Positions 29,100 to 38,212 of a DNA stretch of 64,000 nt are shown here, piece by piece. Source of the stretch: Ignavibacteria bacterium. Lineage in GTDB: Bacteria; Bacteroidota; Ignavibacteria; Kapaibacteriales; Kapaibacteriaceae. Within the stretch, counting starts at the first letter, position 1. Every line of letters begins with the position of its first letter. The stretch lies in the NCBI GenBank assembly GCA_040380835.1, contig JBEIIK010000001.1, positions 4,810 to 68,809 of the forward strand, written 5' to 3'. The translations under genes and the position numbers were made by a program. The notes beneath the pieces are model-generated. The model searched no databases and was not told the DNA's origin. It saw nothing but the letters and a program-made list of their open reading frames with translations.

Positions 29100-30739
29100 T
29101 GCACAGGTACATCGAGGATGAGCTGCGCCGCGCGGCCTCCTCTGCAGGACTTGAGATCGAAGGCCCAATCCCGTTCGGTGTTCCAAAACAGGAGGGACAG
29201 GGGCACCTGTCAACCAACATCGCGATGATGCATGCCAAGCGTCTGGGCAAGCAGCCTCGGGCGCTGGCTCAGGAGATTGTCGATGGTGTGCTTCCCTCGG
29301 ATCTCGTCCAATCAGTTGATGTTGCAGGCCCGGGATTTATCAATGTGACGTTTACTCCGGCTGTTTACAGAGCCATGCTGCACGATCTGGACCTGATGGC
29401 TGACAATATCGGACGGTCAGATGCCGGTGCCGGACGCACCATGAACATCGAGTACGTCAGTGCAAATCCTACAGGCCCCCTTCATGCCGGTCATGGAAGA
29501 AATTGTGCCGTGGGGGATACCATCGCGAACCTCTATGCATGGAACGGCTATGATGTGACGCGCGAGTACTATTTCAACAACGCCGGTAACCAGATGAATA
29601 TGCTCGGTCGCAGCATTTTCGTCCGGTTGCAGCATCTTCTCGGAAACACGGACATGCCGTTCCCGGAGGATGGGTACCACGGGGAATATATCGCCGAGAT
29701 CGCTGCAGCGCTCGCTGCGGAACAGGCTGAAACAGTGCGGGCGATGGCGGAAGAAGATGCCCTGACGCTCTGTCGCAAGGCCGGTGAAGAATGGTGCTTT
29801 GCCTCGATCAAAAAGACGCTCGACGCGCTGAATATCCACCATGACGTCTATTTCAACGAGGATTCGCTCTATTCCAACGGTAAGGTTACTGGAACGATCG
29901 AAGCACTTCGCCAGCGCGGTCTGGTCTACGAAAAAGACGGCGCCACGTGGCTTGCACTGACTGAGCTGGGCAATCAGCAGGATAAGGTCATCGTCAAGTC
30001 CAGCGGTGAGCCCACGTACCGTCTACCGGACATTGCCTACCATCGGGACAAACTCGAACGGGGCTTTGATGTTGTCATTGACATTTTCGGCGCAGACCAC
30101 ATTGCAACGGTCCCGGATGTTCTGGCCGGCGTAAAGGCCCTTGGCTTTGATACGGACCGAGTTCGGGTGGTCATTCACCAGATGGTAACATTTGTCGAAA
30201 ACGGCGAGATCGTAAAGTTCTCAAAGCGAAGCGGTAAGTCCTTTACGCTGGACGATCTGATCGATGAGGTCGGAGCCGATGTTGTGCGGTTCTTCTTCAT
30301 CATGCGTGCCGTGGGCACGCATCTTGAGTTTGATCTAGGTCTAGCCAAAGAAGAGGGTGATAAGAACCCTGTGTTCTACCTGCAGTACGCACACGCGCGC
30401 ATCTGCTCGATCCTTCGCAAGGCAGGGGAAAAGGGGCTTTCACTTGATCATGGGGCTAACCTTTCGGTGCTCGAAGATCCACGTGAGATCGAGCTGATCG
30501 CGCAGCTCTCGCGCATGCGTTCAACAGTCGAGCGTGCCTGTGAGAATCTCGAAGCACACGTCATTGCCGAGTATCTGCGGGACCTTGCCGGGGCGTACCA
30601 CAACTTCTACCACGACTGCCGCATCCTGGGTGCGGAGCCCGCTGTCGAGTCTGCCCGCCTTTTGCTGGCCGACGTCACGAGAAGGGCCATGCGCAATGGT
30701 CTGCTCATTCTGGGCGTCTCAACGCCGGAGCGTATGTAG
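29096..30739 (+). CDS. argS: arginine--tRNA ligase
   Basis: 547 aa. Class-I HIGH-type 'ANPTGPLHAGHGRN', 'KFSKRSGK', and the C-terminal anticodon-binding domain ending '...STPERM'. Confidence 0.95.
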   Translation: MMHRYIEDELRRAASSAGLEIEGPIPFGVPKQEGQGHLSTNIAMMHAKRLGKQPRALAQEIVDGVLPSDLVQSVDVAGPGFINVTFTPAVYRAMLHDLDLMADNIGRSDAGAGRTMNIEYVSANPTGPLHAGHGRNCAVGDTIANLYAWNGYDVTREYYFNNAGNQMNMLGRSIFVRLQHLLGNTDMPFPEDGYHGEYIAEIAAALAAEQAETVRAMAEEDALTLCRKAGEEWCFASIKKTLDALNIHHDVYFNEDSLYSNGKVTGTIEALRQRGLVYEKDGATWLALTELGNQQDKVIVKSSGEPTYRLPDIAYHRDKLERGFDVVIDIFGADHIATVPDVLAGVKALGFDTDRVRVVIHQMVTFVENGEIVKFSKRSGKSFTLDDLIDEVGADVVRFFFIMRAVGTHLEFDLGLAKEEGDKNPVFYLQYAHARICSILRKAGEKGLSLDHGANLSVLEDPREIELIAQLSRMRSTVERACENLEAHVIAEYLRDLAGAYHNFYHDCRILGAEPAVESARLLLADVTRRAMRNGLLILGVSTPERM

Positions 30740-31639
30740 GTGATCATGGTCAGCCGGGAATACTACTACGAGCTGGATGCGCGAGGCGTACTTTCGCTCG
30801 ATGGAGTTGTCCAGGATGACCCCTGGTTTTTGGATTTCTTCTTCCGACGCCTTGCTCCGACGGCTAATCCCGACTATCCAGAATATCCATTTGTGTCGCG
30901 CTGTGGCGAGGAGATGAACTATCTGACGGTTCAGGATACTCCGATCGTCTTTACTGGATTTCACGATGGGCGACTAGAGTACGCCCATTCACTCTCAACT
31001 TCATTCTCGCCGGAGAAGCTCTCCTATTCGGCCGCCGGTGTGCTGTACCATGGAGCTCCGGTAGGCGAACGTGGCCGCCTGGTGCCTCACGTCGCGGTGG
31101 AGATTGCCCGCAGCATCGAACCCTGGGGCCCCTACGCCGCGTACCGTCAGCCGGGATCAGCCATCCTGGTGCCCCTTGTCCCCCTTGCCGAAGGTGAGGA
31201 TCTGCAGATCCTGCGGCCGAAACCAGAAAATCACTGCGTCGGCTGCGGCCAGGCAAACCCGCATTCATTTCAGCTGAGCTTCGTTCGGAGTCGACGCGAT
31301 CGCGTGGTTCGAACGTGGGTCACTCCCGACGAGCGAATGCAGGGATCTCTCGGAACTACCCACGGAGGCTTCGTGTCACTGCTGCTTGATGAGGCAATGG
31401 GAAAGACGCTCAGCTCGGCCGGTATTCGGGCCCCCACAGCCCGACTTGTAGTGAATTTCAGGCGTCCGATGCTCATTGGCCATCAGTATGAGGTCCGTGC
31501 CTGGATCGACACGCAACAAGGGCGCAAGCAGTTCGTCAAAGGTGAGGTCCGCTCGGCAGACGATCAGATATTGATCGCTGAAGCCGAGGCATTGTTCCTC
31601 CAATTGCGGCCTGAAGCCGACCCAGCCCAGACGGGATGA
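30740..31639 (+). CDS. fusion protein: N-terminal DUF4505 (UPF0598/C8orf82-like) domain plus C-terminal PaaI/4HBT hotdog-fold thioesterase
   Basis: The N-terminal half 'REYYYELDARGVLSLDG...DPWFLDFFFRRLAP...YPFVSRCGEEMNYLTVQDTPIVFT...LSYSAAGVLYHGAP' matches the UPF0598 pattern as I recall it. The C-terminal half 'CVGCGQANPHSFQLSF...THGGFVSLLLDEAMG...ARLVVNFRRP' is the hotdog thioesterase. Confidence 0.65.
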   Translation: MIMVSREYYYELDARGVLSLDGVVQDDPWFLDFFFRRLAPTANPDYPEYPFVSRCGEEMNYLTVQDTPIVFTGFHDGRLEYAHSLSTSFSPEKLSYSAAGVLYHGAPVGERGRLVPHVAVEIARSIEPWGPYAAYRQPGSAILVPLVPLAEGEDLQILRPKPENHCVGCGQANPHSFQLSFVRSRRDRVVRTWVTPDERMQGSLGTTHGGFVSLLLDEAMGKTLSSAGIRAPTARLVVNFRRPMLIGHQYEVRAWIDTQQGRKQFVKGEVRSADDQILIAEAEALFLQLRPEADPAQTG

Positions 31640-32922
31640 ATTCACAACCGAATATGCTGCTCTTCGGTGCCACACTCGGCACCGTGCTTTTGCTTGTCGA
31701 CATATACGTTCTCATTCATTGGACGTCCTTCGCCCGCCGGCGAAGTCTGAATGTCTGGTGGTATCGAATCCCTTGGGCAACTGCATTGATCGTGTTTGCC
31801 GCACTGGTCGTGATGCTCGTGCGACGTCACTTGTTTCGTGTCGATGGGGTTGACGTGACCATCATGGGACTGATATCGTTCTGGTATCTGCCAAAGTTCG
31901 GTATCTCGATCATACTTCTCGGGCGAGACATCATCCGCGGGGGCCGAGCGCTAATCGATCGACTCCGTCCGGGTCCGGCACGATCGGCCGTTTCGAGCCG
32001 AGAGCCGGATCTTCGGGCTACGGTGACCGGCGATACCCCTGTTGCCTCGGCTTCCCGTCGTGAGTTTCTCGGAACGGCGGCCTGGTCAATGTCAGCGGTG
32101 CCGTTCGTCATTGTCGCAAGGGGCATGTGGAGCACGCTCTATGACTTCCAGATCTACCGGCAAGAGTTGCTTCTCGACAAGCTGCCGCGCGCATTGGACG
32201 GCTTTCGGATCGTTCAGATATCCGACATCCACGCCGGGTCGTTCCCGGATTATCGGCCCTTCCAGGAGGTCCGACGCATCATCGACTCGGAACGTCCTGA
32301 TGCTGTGGTGATCACAGGTGACTTCGTTAACCAGAAGCCCCGTGAAATGCAGTTGATCGCCGGTGAACTCGAGCGACTGCGGGCACCCTATGGAGTAATG
32401 GCATCACTTGGAAATCATGACCATTACAACACGCCGGAAGAGCATCAGCAGCTTGTGAGCGGCATACGACAGATGGGCGTGGATCTTCTTGTCAACCAGC
32501 ATCGCCGCATTGGGGCCGACGGGGCATCGCTGGTGATCGCCGGAACTGACAATACCGGATTCCGTCAAACCTATGCCCGGCTTGACAGGGCACTCGACGG
32601 TGTTGAATCCCACGAGCCCGTGATCCTTCTGGCCCATGACCCGACATTCTGGGACCGCGAGGTCGTCGAAAAGGCACCCGTCGATGTGATGCTCTCGGGG
32701 CACACGCACGGCGGACAGTTCGGCGTGCAGGTACTTGGGTTCGAATGGAGTCCGGCGCAACACATCTACCGCCAGTGGGCCGGACATTACACCAAGGGCC
32801 GCCAGCAGCTCTACGTTAATCGAGGGATAGGCACGGTGGGGCCGCCATTACGCATCGGTATACCGCCGGAGGTGACGGTCTTTACATTGCGCTCAGCCCC
32901 GTCAGATAGGGGGCTTGCCTGA
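31636..32922 (+). CDS. membrane-anchored calcineurin-like metallophosphoesterase
   Basis: About four N-terminal TM helices and an internal 'SRREFLGTAAW'. Phosphoesterase motifs 'VQISDIHAG', 'ITGDFVN', 'LGNHD' and 'LSGHTHGGQ'. Confidence 0.85.
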   Translation: MNSQPNMLLFGATLGTVLLLVDIYVLIHWTSFARRRSLNVWWYRIPWATALIVFAALVVMLVRRHLFRVDGVDVTIMGLISFWYLPKFGISIILLGRDIIRGGRALIDRLRPGPARSAVSSREPDLRATVTGDTPVASASRREFLGTAAWSMSAVPFVIVARGMWSTLYDFQIYRQELLLDKLPRALDGFRIVQISDIHAGSFPDYRPFQEVRRIIDSERPDAVVITGDFVNQKPREMQLIAGELERLRAPYGVMASLGNHDHYNTPEEHQQLVSGIRQMGVDLLVNQHRRIGADGASLVIAGTDNTGFRQTYARLDRALDGVESHEPVILLAHDPTFWDREVVEKAPVDVMLSGHTHGGQFGVQVLGFEWSPAQHIYRQWAGHYTKGRQQLYVNRGIGTVGPPLRIGIPPEVTVFTLRSAPSDRGLA

Positions 32923-32944
32923 CGAACTGCGGCAGGCCACGTGG

Positions 32945-34120
32945 TCAGACGTCGAAGTATCGCAATGCCGTTTCCGCCATCAGCGTTGCTCCGATCTTCA
33001 TGGCACGCTCCTCCGGAGCAAATCGCGGATTGTGCAGTCCCGGCATTGTTTCAAGCCCGTCGGGACGTCCGCCCAGCATCCAGAAACAGCCCGGTATCTG
33101 CTGCGCATAGTAGGCAAAATCCTCGGCCCACATCTTTGGTTCGAACTCGAGAACGTTCGTCGCTCCAACGACAGCATTTGCCACCGCACGAGCTATCCCG
33201 ACAGCTGATGTATGGTTTACAAGAGGTGGGTAACCCTTCGAAATTTCAAGAGTTCCTTCGCAACCATGTAGGGCGCAGTAGTCACGCGTCTGCTCCATGA
33301 GAAAGGTCCAGGCCTGTTCTCTCCACGATGCATCGAAGGCCCTGAGTGTACCTTTCATCTCGACAACGTCAGGGATGATGTTGGTGGCTGAACCGCCGTG
33401 AATGCTGGTGACGGTCATCACGCCTGGAACGATTGGGTTGCGGCGCTTTGTGATCAGCGACTGCAGGTGATGGACCAGCCCCGTGGCTGCCATGATGGGG
33501 TCGAGTCCGAGTTGCGGCTGAGCCGCGTGGGCACCGAAGCCCCGTATCGTCCAGCGAAGTTCGTCGGCCGAGGCCAGCATGGGTCCGCCTACAAAGGAAA
33601 CCATTCCACAGCTGGCCTGCGGATCGATATGCTGACCGAAGATCATCTCCGGTGCTGGGCCTTGCAGAGCCCCTTCGGAGATCATGATACTGGCACCACC
33701 GGGAACCTGTTCTTCGCCGGGCTGGAACAGCAGTTTGACCACGCCGCCAAGGTCCTGGCGACGTTCCTGCAAGACTCGAGCGACGGCCAGCAGCATTGTT
33801 GTGTGAGTGTCATGTCCACACGCATGCATAACGCCGTACCGAGTTGACGCATAGTCAAGCCCGGTTTCCTCAACGATCGGCAGGGCATCGATGTCCGCAC
33901 GTAGTGCCACGCACCGCTCACCGGCGCCGATGTGGGCCACCACGCCCGTTGTGGCAATACGCCGATGGTCGACTCCGATTTCGGTCAGCGTTCGACTGAT
34001 GAAATCGGCCGTCTCAAACTCTTGAAATGATAGTTCCGGGTGACGGTGTATGTGCCGACGGGTCTCGACCATCCATGGGTAGATCGAATCGATGTGTTCA
34101 GCAATTGTCATAGATGGCAT
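32945..34120 (-). CDS. M20/M40 family amidohydrolase (N-acyl-L-amino acid amidohydrolase/hippuricase-like)
   Basis: 'RRHIHRHPELSFQEFETADFI', 'LRADIDALP' and 'MHACGHDTHT'. Start at ATG 34120 or 34111. The longer tracked ORF overlaps dapF. Confidence 0.85.
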   Translation of the reverse strand: MPSMTIAEHIDSIYPWMVETRRHIHRHPELSFQEFETADFISRTLTEIGVDHRRIATTGVVAHIGAGERCVALRADIDALPIVEETGLDYASTRYGVMHACGHDTHTTMLLAVARVLQERRQDLGGVVKLLFQPGEEQVPGGASIMISEGALQGPAPEMIFGQHIDPQASCGMVSFVGGPMLASADELRWTIRGFGAHAAQPQLGLDPIMAATGLVHHLQSLITKRRNPIVPGVMTVTSIHGGSATNIIPDVVEMKGTLRAFDASWREQAWTFLMEQTRDYCALHGCEGTLEISKGYPPLVNHTSAVGIARAVANAVVGATNVLEFEPKMWAEDFAYYAQQIPGCFWMLGGRPDGLETMPGLHNPRFAPEERAMKIGATLMAETALRYFDV

Positions 34121-34913
34121 CTCCGCGCAGTTCGATGGATTCGATATGGCCGGCCCTGGCAAAGATCGTGACCGCAAGCGGTCGGCCACTTGGGGGTATG
34201 ATGGAAAAGTGTGTCTGTGCCGGATCGCGCATCCACATGGTAACGGCAGCGCTGACGGCTCCCGTGCCACAGGCGCCCGTGACGGCTTCGACTCCCCGTT
34301 CGAACGTTGCAAGGGAGATCGTCTGCGGGTCTGTGATCCACATCATGTTGACGTTGACGCCGCGAGGGAAGTCCGGGTGATGACGAAGCTGTGTCACGAC
34401 CGGTGCTGACGGATCATTGGGCGCGATGATCACGGCATGGTCGCTCTGAACATCAACATACCACACAGGGATCTCCACTGATTCAAGACTTCCGGGAGCA
34501 AAGTAACGCATCTGCAAGGGCGTTGGCAGATCTACACCGATCGTAGCGTCATCATAGACTCGCGCTCTGTAGAGGATGCCATTGAACAGGCATGAGATCG
34601 CATCCTGGGCACGTGAGCCGTGGTCAACCGCATACCGTACCACGCAGCGTGCGCCGTTGCCGCAGAGCATCCCGCGGCTCCCGTCCGGATTGTAGAAATC
34701 AGCCTCAACACGCGCGGCGGCAATCTGCCGGATACGCAGTACGCCTTCAATATTTGACCCGTCGGCGCGCGCGTGTTTTTCGACGAGCTCTCTGATCCGT
34801 TCCGTTGAGAAGACCTCATCACGGTCGGGTTGATCACGGTCGTCGATCACCAGAAAGCGATTTCCCGCACCACTCATGTGAAGGATGCTCACGCTGACAC
34901 CTCGAGTGCGCAT
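34098..34913 (-). CDS. dapF: diaminopimelate epimerase
   Basis: 'ILHMSGAGNRFLVID' with both catalytic Cys motifs, 'MLCGNGARC' and 'TGACGTGAVSAAV'. The start is uncertain: ATG 34913, which overlaps the upstream gene, or ATG 34877. Confidence 0.88.
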   Translation of the reverse strand: MRTRGVSVSILHMSGAGNRFLVIDDRDQPDRDEVFSTERIRELVEKHARADGSNIEGVLRIRQIAAARVEADFYNPDGSRGMLCGNGARCVVRYAVDHGSRAQDAISCLFNGILYRARVYDDATIGVDLPTPLQMRYFAPGSLESVEIPVWYVDVQSDHAVIIAPNDPSAPVVTQLRHHPDFPRGVNVNMMWITDPQTISLATFERGVEAVTGACGTGAVSAAVTMWMRDPAQTHFSIIPPSGRPLAVTIFARAGHIESIELRGDAIYDNC

Positions 34914-35674
34914 ACAAGCTGATCGTGAATGCCACCATTTGTAGCGACGATCGAGTTGCTGCCCAGAGTAAAGCTTTTGCCGCAATAGTGGGTAACCCTA
35001 CCACCGGCCTCTGTCACCATCAACACGCCGGCAGCCATATCCCAGGGCTGCAGAGCAACCTCCCAGTAACCGTCGAATCGTCCGTCGGCAACGTAGGCCA
35101 GGTCCAGAGCCGCGCTTCCAAGGCGGCGCACCGGAAGCCCCCTGCTGACGATCGTCGCGAACTGGCCGATGCAGTTTCGGGGATTGTCTTCAACATTGTA
35201 GGGGAATCCTGTTACCAGGATGCTGTCATCGAGCACCTCCGTGGACGAGACACGTAAGCGTCTTCCATTGAGGTGACTGCCCCGATCAATCATCGCCGTG
35301 AACGTTTCATTACGTAGGGGCTGATGAATAACTCCGCAGACGATCTCACCGCCGGCAACTGCAGCGATCGATACACAGAAGATCGGTATTCCATGGGCAA
35401 AGTTCACGGTGCCATCGAGTGGGTCGACGATCCATGTGACGTCATCCAGGCCATCATGGCTGCCACTTTCCTCGGTCAGGATCGCCGCCATTGGCGTATG
35501 CTTTCGAAGAACATCAATGATCAGTGCTTCGCTGGCATGATCGAACTCGGTCACGAGGTTGTGACGTCCTTCTTTCGAGGCCACCCTACCGGCTGAGCCG
35601 AAGCCGCTGAGCAGAATATCACCTGCTTGACGAGCAGCATCGACAGCTGCATCAAGGAGCATGTGACGGGTCAT
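34889..35674 (-). CDS. inositol monophosphatase family protein (SuhB-like)
   Basis: 'EESG', 'WIVDPLDGTVNFAHG' and 'GSAALDLAYVADGRFDGYWE' are the IMPase signature motifs. Confidence 0.88.
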   Translation of the reverse strand: MTRHMLLDAAVDAARQAGDILLSGFGSAGRVASKEGRHNLVTEFDHASEALIIDVLRKHTPMAAILTEESGSHDGLDDVTWIVDPLDGTVNFAHGIPIFCVSIAAVAGGEIVCGVIHQPLRNETFTAMIDRGSHLNGRRLRVSSTEVLDDSILVTGFPYNVEDNPRNCIGQFATIVSRGLPVRRLGSAALDLAYVADGRFDGYWEVALQPWDMAAGVLMVTEAGGRVTHYCGKSFTLGSNSIVATNGGIHDQLVCALEVSA

Positions 35675-35683
35675 CGCCGCTGA

Positions 35684-36316
35684 CTACCCGAGAATCGTGT
35701 TGGCTTCATGCCGCAGCAGGGCAGCGACCTTCTGCAGGCGTTCATTCGACGATGCTTCCGCGATCGGGACGTACCGTTGCAGCGTATTGGACACATAAAC
35801 CAGCGGATTTTTCTTAAGGTTGAACAACAGGCACCGGAAGTTATCAAGTCTGGCAGCGAGCTTGATGAGCAGGCAATCGTCACTGGCCCGGCGCAGTCGT
35901 TCAGCGTAGTACAGGTCAATGCGATCGGGATCGGACTTGGCAGAATCGAGGTCCTTGGTGAGGGTGTCGACAACGTAGGCCACATACGATCCGAAATTAT
36001 ACTCGAGCACCTCGCGCGTGACCGTCCGGGAGTCTTCCAGAACATCATGCAGGAAGCCGGCGATCACAAGATCCGAGTCGTAGGTTCGAAGCTCATCCAT
36101 CAAGATGAGGACCGTTCGGGCGATATGATCGAAGTACGGTGTCCCATCGTTGCGAACCTGTTCGGCATGGACTGATCGTGCCATCTCATATGCATCCAGA
36201 ATGCGGTTCATGGCGATGGCATCGCCACGCTCCAGTATCCTGGTCTGAAGTTCCTCGGCACTCAGACCTCGCCGGTTGTACTCCGCAGCGGACATTGGAT
36301 CTTGAAAGAGGTCCAT
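35684..36316 (-). CDS. stand-alone RelA/SpoT-type HD-domain hydrolase (small alarmone hydrolase-like)
   Basis: 'AYEMARSVHAEQVRNDGTPYFDHIARTVLIL' and 'AGFLHDVLEDS' are the (p)ppGpp-hydrolase HD motifs. There is no synthetase domain. Start at ATG 36316, 7 nt after the recN stop. Confidence 0.7.
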   Translation of the reverse strand: MDLFQDPMSAAEYNRRGLSAEELQTRILERGDAIAMNRILDAYEMARSVHAEQVRNDGTPYFDHIARTVLILMDELRTYDSDLVIAGFLHDVLEDSRTVTREVLEYNFGSYVAYVVDTLTKDLDSAKSDPDRIDLYYAERLRRASDDCLLIKLAARLDNFRCLLFNLKKNPLVYVSNTLQRYVPIAEASSNERLQKVAALLRHEANTILG

Positions 36317-36323
36317 GGAACCG

Positions 36324-38015
36324 TCACGCCCCCTTTCGTGAGCGTCGCACGGCAGGCACGCTTCGTTGCATGAGTTCCTGAGCGCCAGCCAGCGCGGCAT
36401 CGGTGACGTCCGTGCCACTGATAAGCTGTGCCACATCGATCTGGGCCTGGTCGGCACTGATCGTGCTTGCCGTAACGGTGGTCGAGCCATTATCGGCCGA
36501 TTTCGTTACACGGATGAAATGGTCCGACAGCGAGGCGATCTGTGCCAGGTGGGTGATGCAGATCACCTGCTGACTCTTGCCGATCTGCTGCATAACCTGC
36601 CCAACCGTGCGGGCAACACGACCGCTGATTCCGGTGTCGATTTCATCCAGGACAACGGTTCCTGTGGGAATCCGTTGCAGAAGCACGCGCTTGAGCGCCA
36701 GCATCACGCGCGAAAGCTCGCCCCCTGAGGCGATGCGAGCAAGGGGGCGGGGTGGCTCGCCCGGATTGGCTGCGAAGAGAAACTCCGCCTGGTCACACCC
36801 CGTGGGGCCGAGTTCGGAAGGTTGCAGCGACACCTCGAATCGGGCTGACGGCATGCCCATTTCCGCAAGGCTGCCAGCGACATTGTCCGCAAAGGCTGGT
36901 GCACAAGCACGACGCTGAATGCTGAGCGAGTCGGCATGACTGCGCGCAAGCTTTTCGGCATTCTGGACGAACAGGTCGGCCTCACGCAGAACCTCTTCAA
37001 GATTTTCGACCTCGTGCAGCTCATCTGATACAGACTTAAGCTTTTCGATGGCCTGACCAAGACTTCCATACTTACGACCGAGTCGCTGCAGTGCCGCCTG
37101 TCTCAGACGCAGGTCTTCAAGTCGCTGAGGGTCACGGCCATCCGAATCGGCAAGCACCCCAACGCTCGCTGCGGCTTCTTTGCAGATGATGAGTGCCGAT
37201 TCAAGCTCGCCGGCTACGCCCTCCATAGCCGGGTCATAGTTACGCAGTTCCCTCACAGCCTCAAGGGCCCGTCGCATCAGGTCATAGGCCGAGATGTCGC
37301 CCGAGTAAAGACTCTGCTGCACTGACGTTGCAAGACGTAGAACGTGCTCTCCAGCCTCAATGCGTCGAAGATCGGTGCTGATACGCTCATCCTCTTCGGG
37401 CTGCGGGTTCACGCCGGCGATCTCATCATAGATGAACTGCAGTCGAGCGCGGTCGGCATCGGCATCAAGCGAGCGCCGGAGCAGATCATCGCGACGTCTG
37501 CGTGCCTGGCTCAGCTCAGTCCAGCGCATGGTCATCAGCGAACGTGCACCGTCGGACTCCAGCGCATACGCATCGAAGGCATCAAGGTGGTTGGATACGG
37601 ACATCAGACCATGAGTGTCGTGTTGACCATGCACGTCGATGAGTAGGGAAGAGAGTTGGCGCACCACGACAGCCTGCGCGGGCGTGTCGTTGACGAAGCA
37701 ACGCGAAGCGCCGTTAGATGGTATCTCACGTCTCAGGACCAGCTCTTCGGAGTCCCAGTCAAGCTCATGGAGCCGGACAAACTCCGCGGCAGATGACCCA
37801 CGGACGAGGTCAAAGGTGGCTTCAACGACGCTCTTGCGAGCCCCTTTGCGGACTAAGTCTGATGATATGCGTTCGCCCATGGCGGCCGAGAGGGCATCAA
37901 TGATGATCGACTTGCCGGCGCCGGTTTCACCCAACAGCACAGTCATGCCGGGGTGAAAGTCGAGGTCGATCGAGTCAATGAGCGCAAAGCTCCTGATGGT
38001 CAGTCGTCGCAGCAC
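36324..38015 (-). CDS. recN: DNA repair protein RecN
   Basis: SMC-like. Walker A 'LLGETGAGKSII', a long coiled-coil, signature 'ASGGELSRVMLALK' and Walker B 'VVLDEIDTGISG'. Confidence 0.93.
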   Translation of the reverse strand: MLRRLTIRSFALIDSIDLDFHPGMTVLLGETGAGKSIIIDALSAAMGERISSDLVRKGARKSVVEATFDLVRGSSAAEFVRLHELDWDSEELVLRREIPSNGASRCFVNDTPAQAVVVRQLSSLLIDVHGQHDTHGLMSVSNHLDAFDAYALESDGARSLMTMRWTELSQARRRRDDLLRRSLDADADRARLQFIYDEIAGVNPQPEEDERISTDLRRIEAGEHVLRLATSVQQSLYSGDISAYDLMRRALEAVRELRNYDPAMEGVAGELESALIICKEAAASVGVLADSDGRDPQRLEDLRLRQAALQRLGRKYGSLGQAIEKLKSVSDELHEVENLEEVLREADLFVQNAEKLARSHADSLSIQRRACAPAFADNVAGSLAEMGMPSARFEVSLQPSELGPTGCDQAEFLFAANPGEPPRPLARIASGGELSRVMLALKRVLLQRIPTGTVVLDEIDTGISGRVARTVGQVMQQIGKSQQVICITHLAQIASLSDHFIRVTKSADNGSTTVTASTISADQAQIDVAQLISGTDVTDAALAGAQELMQRSVPAVRRSRKGA

Positions 38016-38040
38016 GTTTTCAGTGGTTGCTGGTGAATCA

Positions 38041-38205
38041 TCACAACCGCGTTAGCCGCGACTGGAATAGCTTAAAGGCGCTATATCCACACAGTGCGAG
38101 CAGCACGGCGGCCGCAAGTGCATGAACCTCCTGTCCGACATAGATCACAACGATCGTCACGACATATGTGACAACGATTAGGGCCAGTATCCAAAGGGCT
38201 GCCAT
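38041..38205 (-). CDS. small (54-aa) two-TM hydrophobic protein, hypothetical; below the ORF-track cutoff
   Basis: Hand translation gives MAALWILALIVVTYVVTIVVIYVGQEVHALAAAVLLALCGYSAFKLFQSRLTRL*. The ATG lies 7 nt after the hflX stop, and the stop lies 25 nt before the recN start, filling an otherwise empty gap in a same-strand gene run. Confidence 0.4.
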   Translation of the reverse strand: MAALWILALIVVTYVVTIVVIYVGQEVHALAAAVLLALCGYSAFKLFQSRLTRL

Positions 38206-38212
38206 AGGGGGC

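Noticed and set aside
38080-38092. A DnaA-box-like 'ATATCCACA' (8 of 9 matches to TTATCCACA).
   Set aside because: It is a single isolated occurrence inside a probable small ORF. There is no cluster of boxes, no AT-rich unwinding element, and no dnaA or dnaN nearby.
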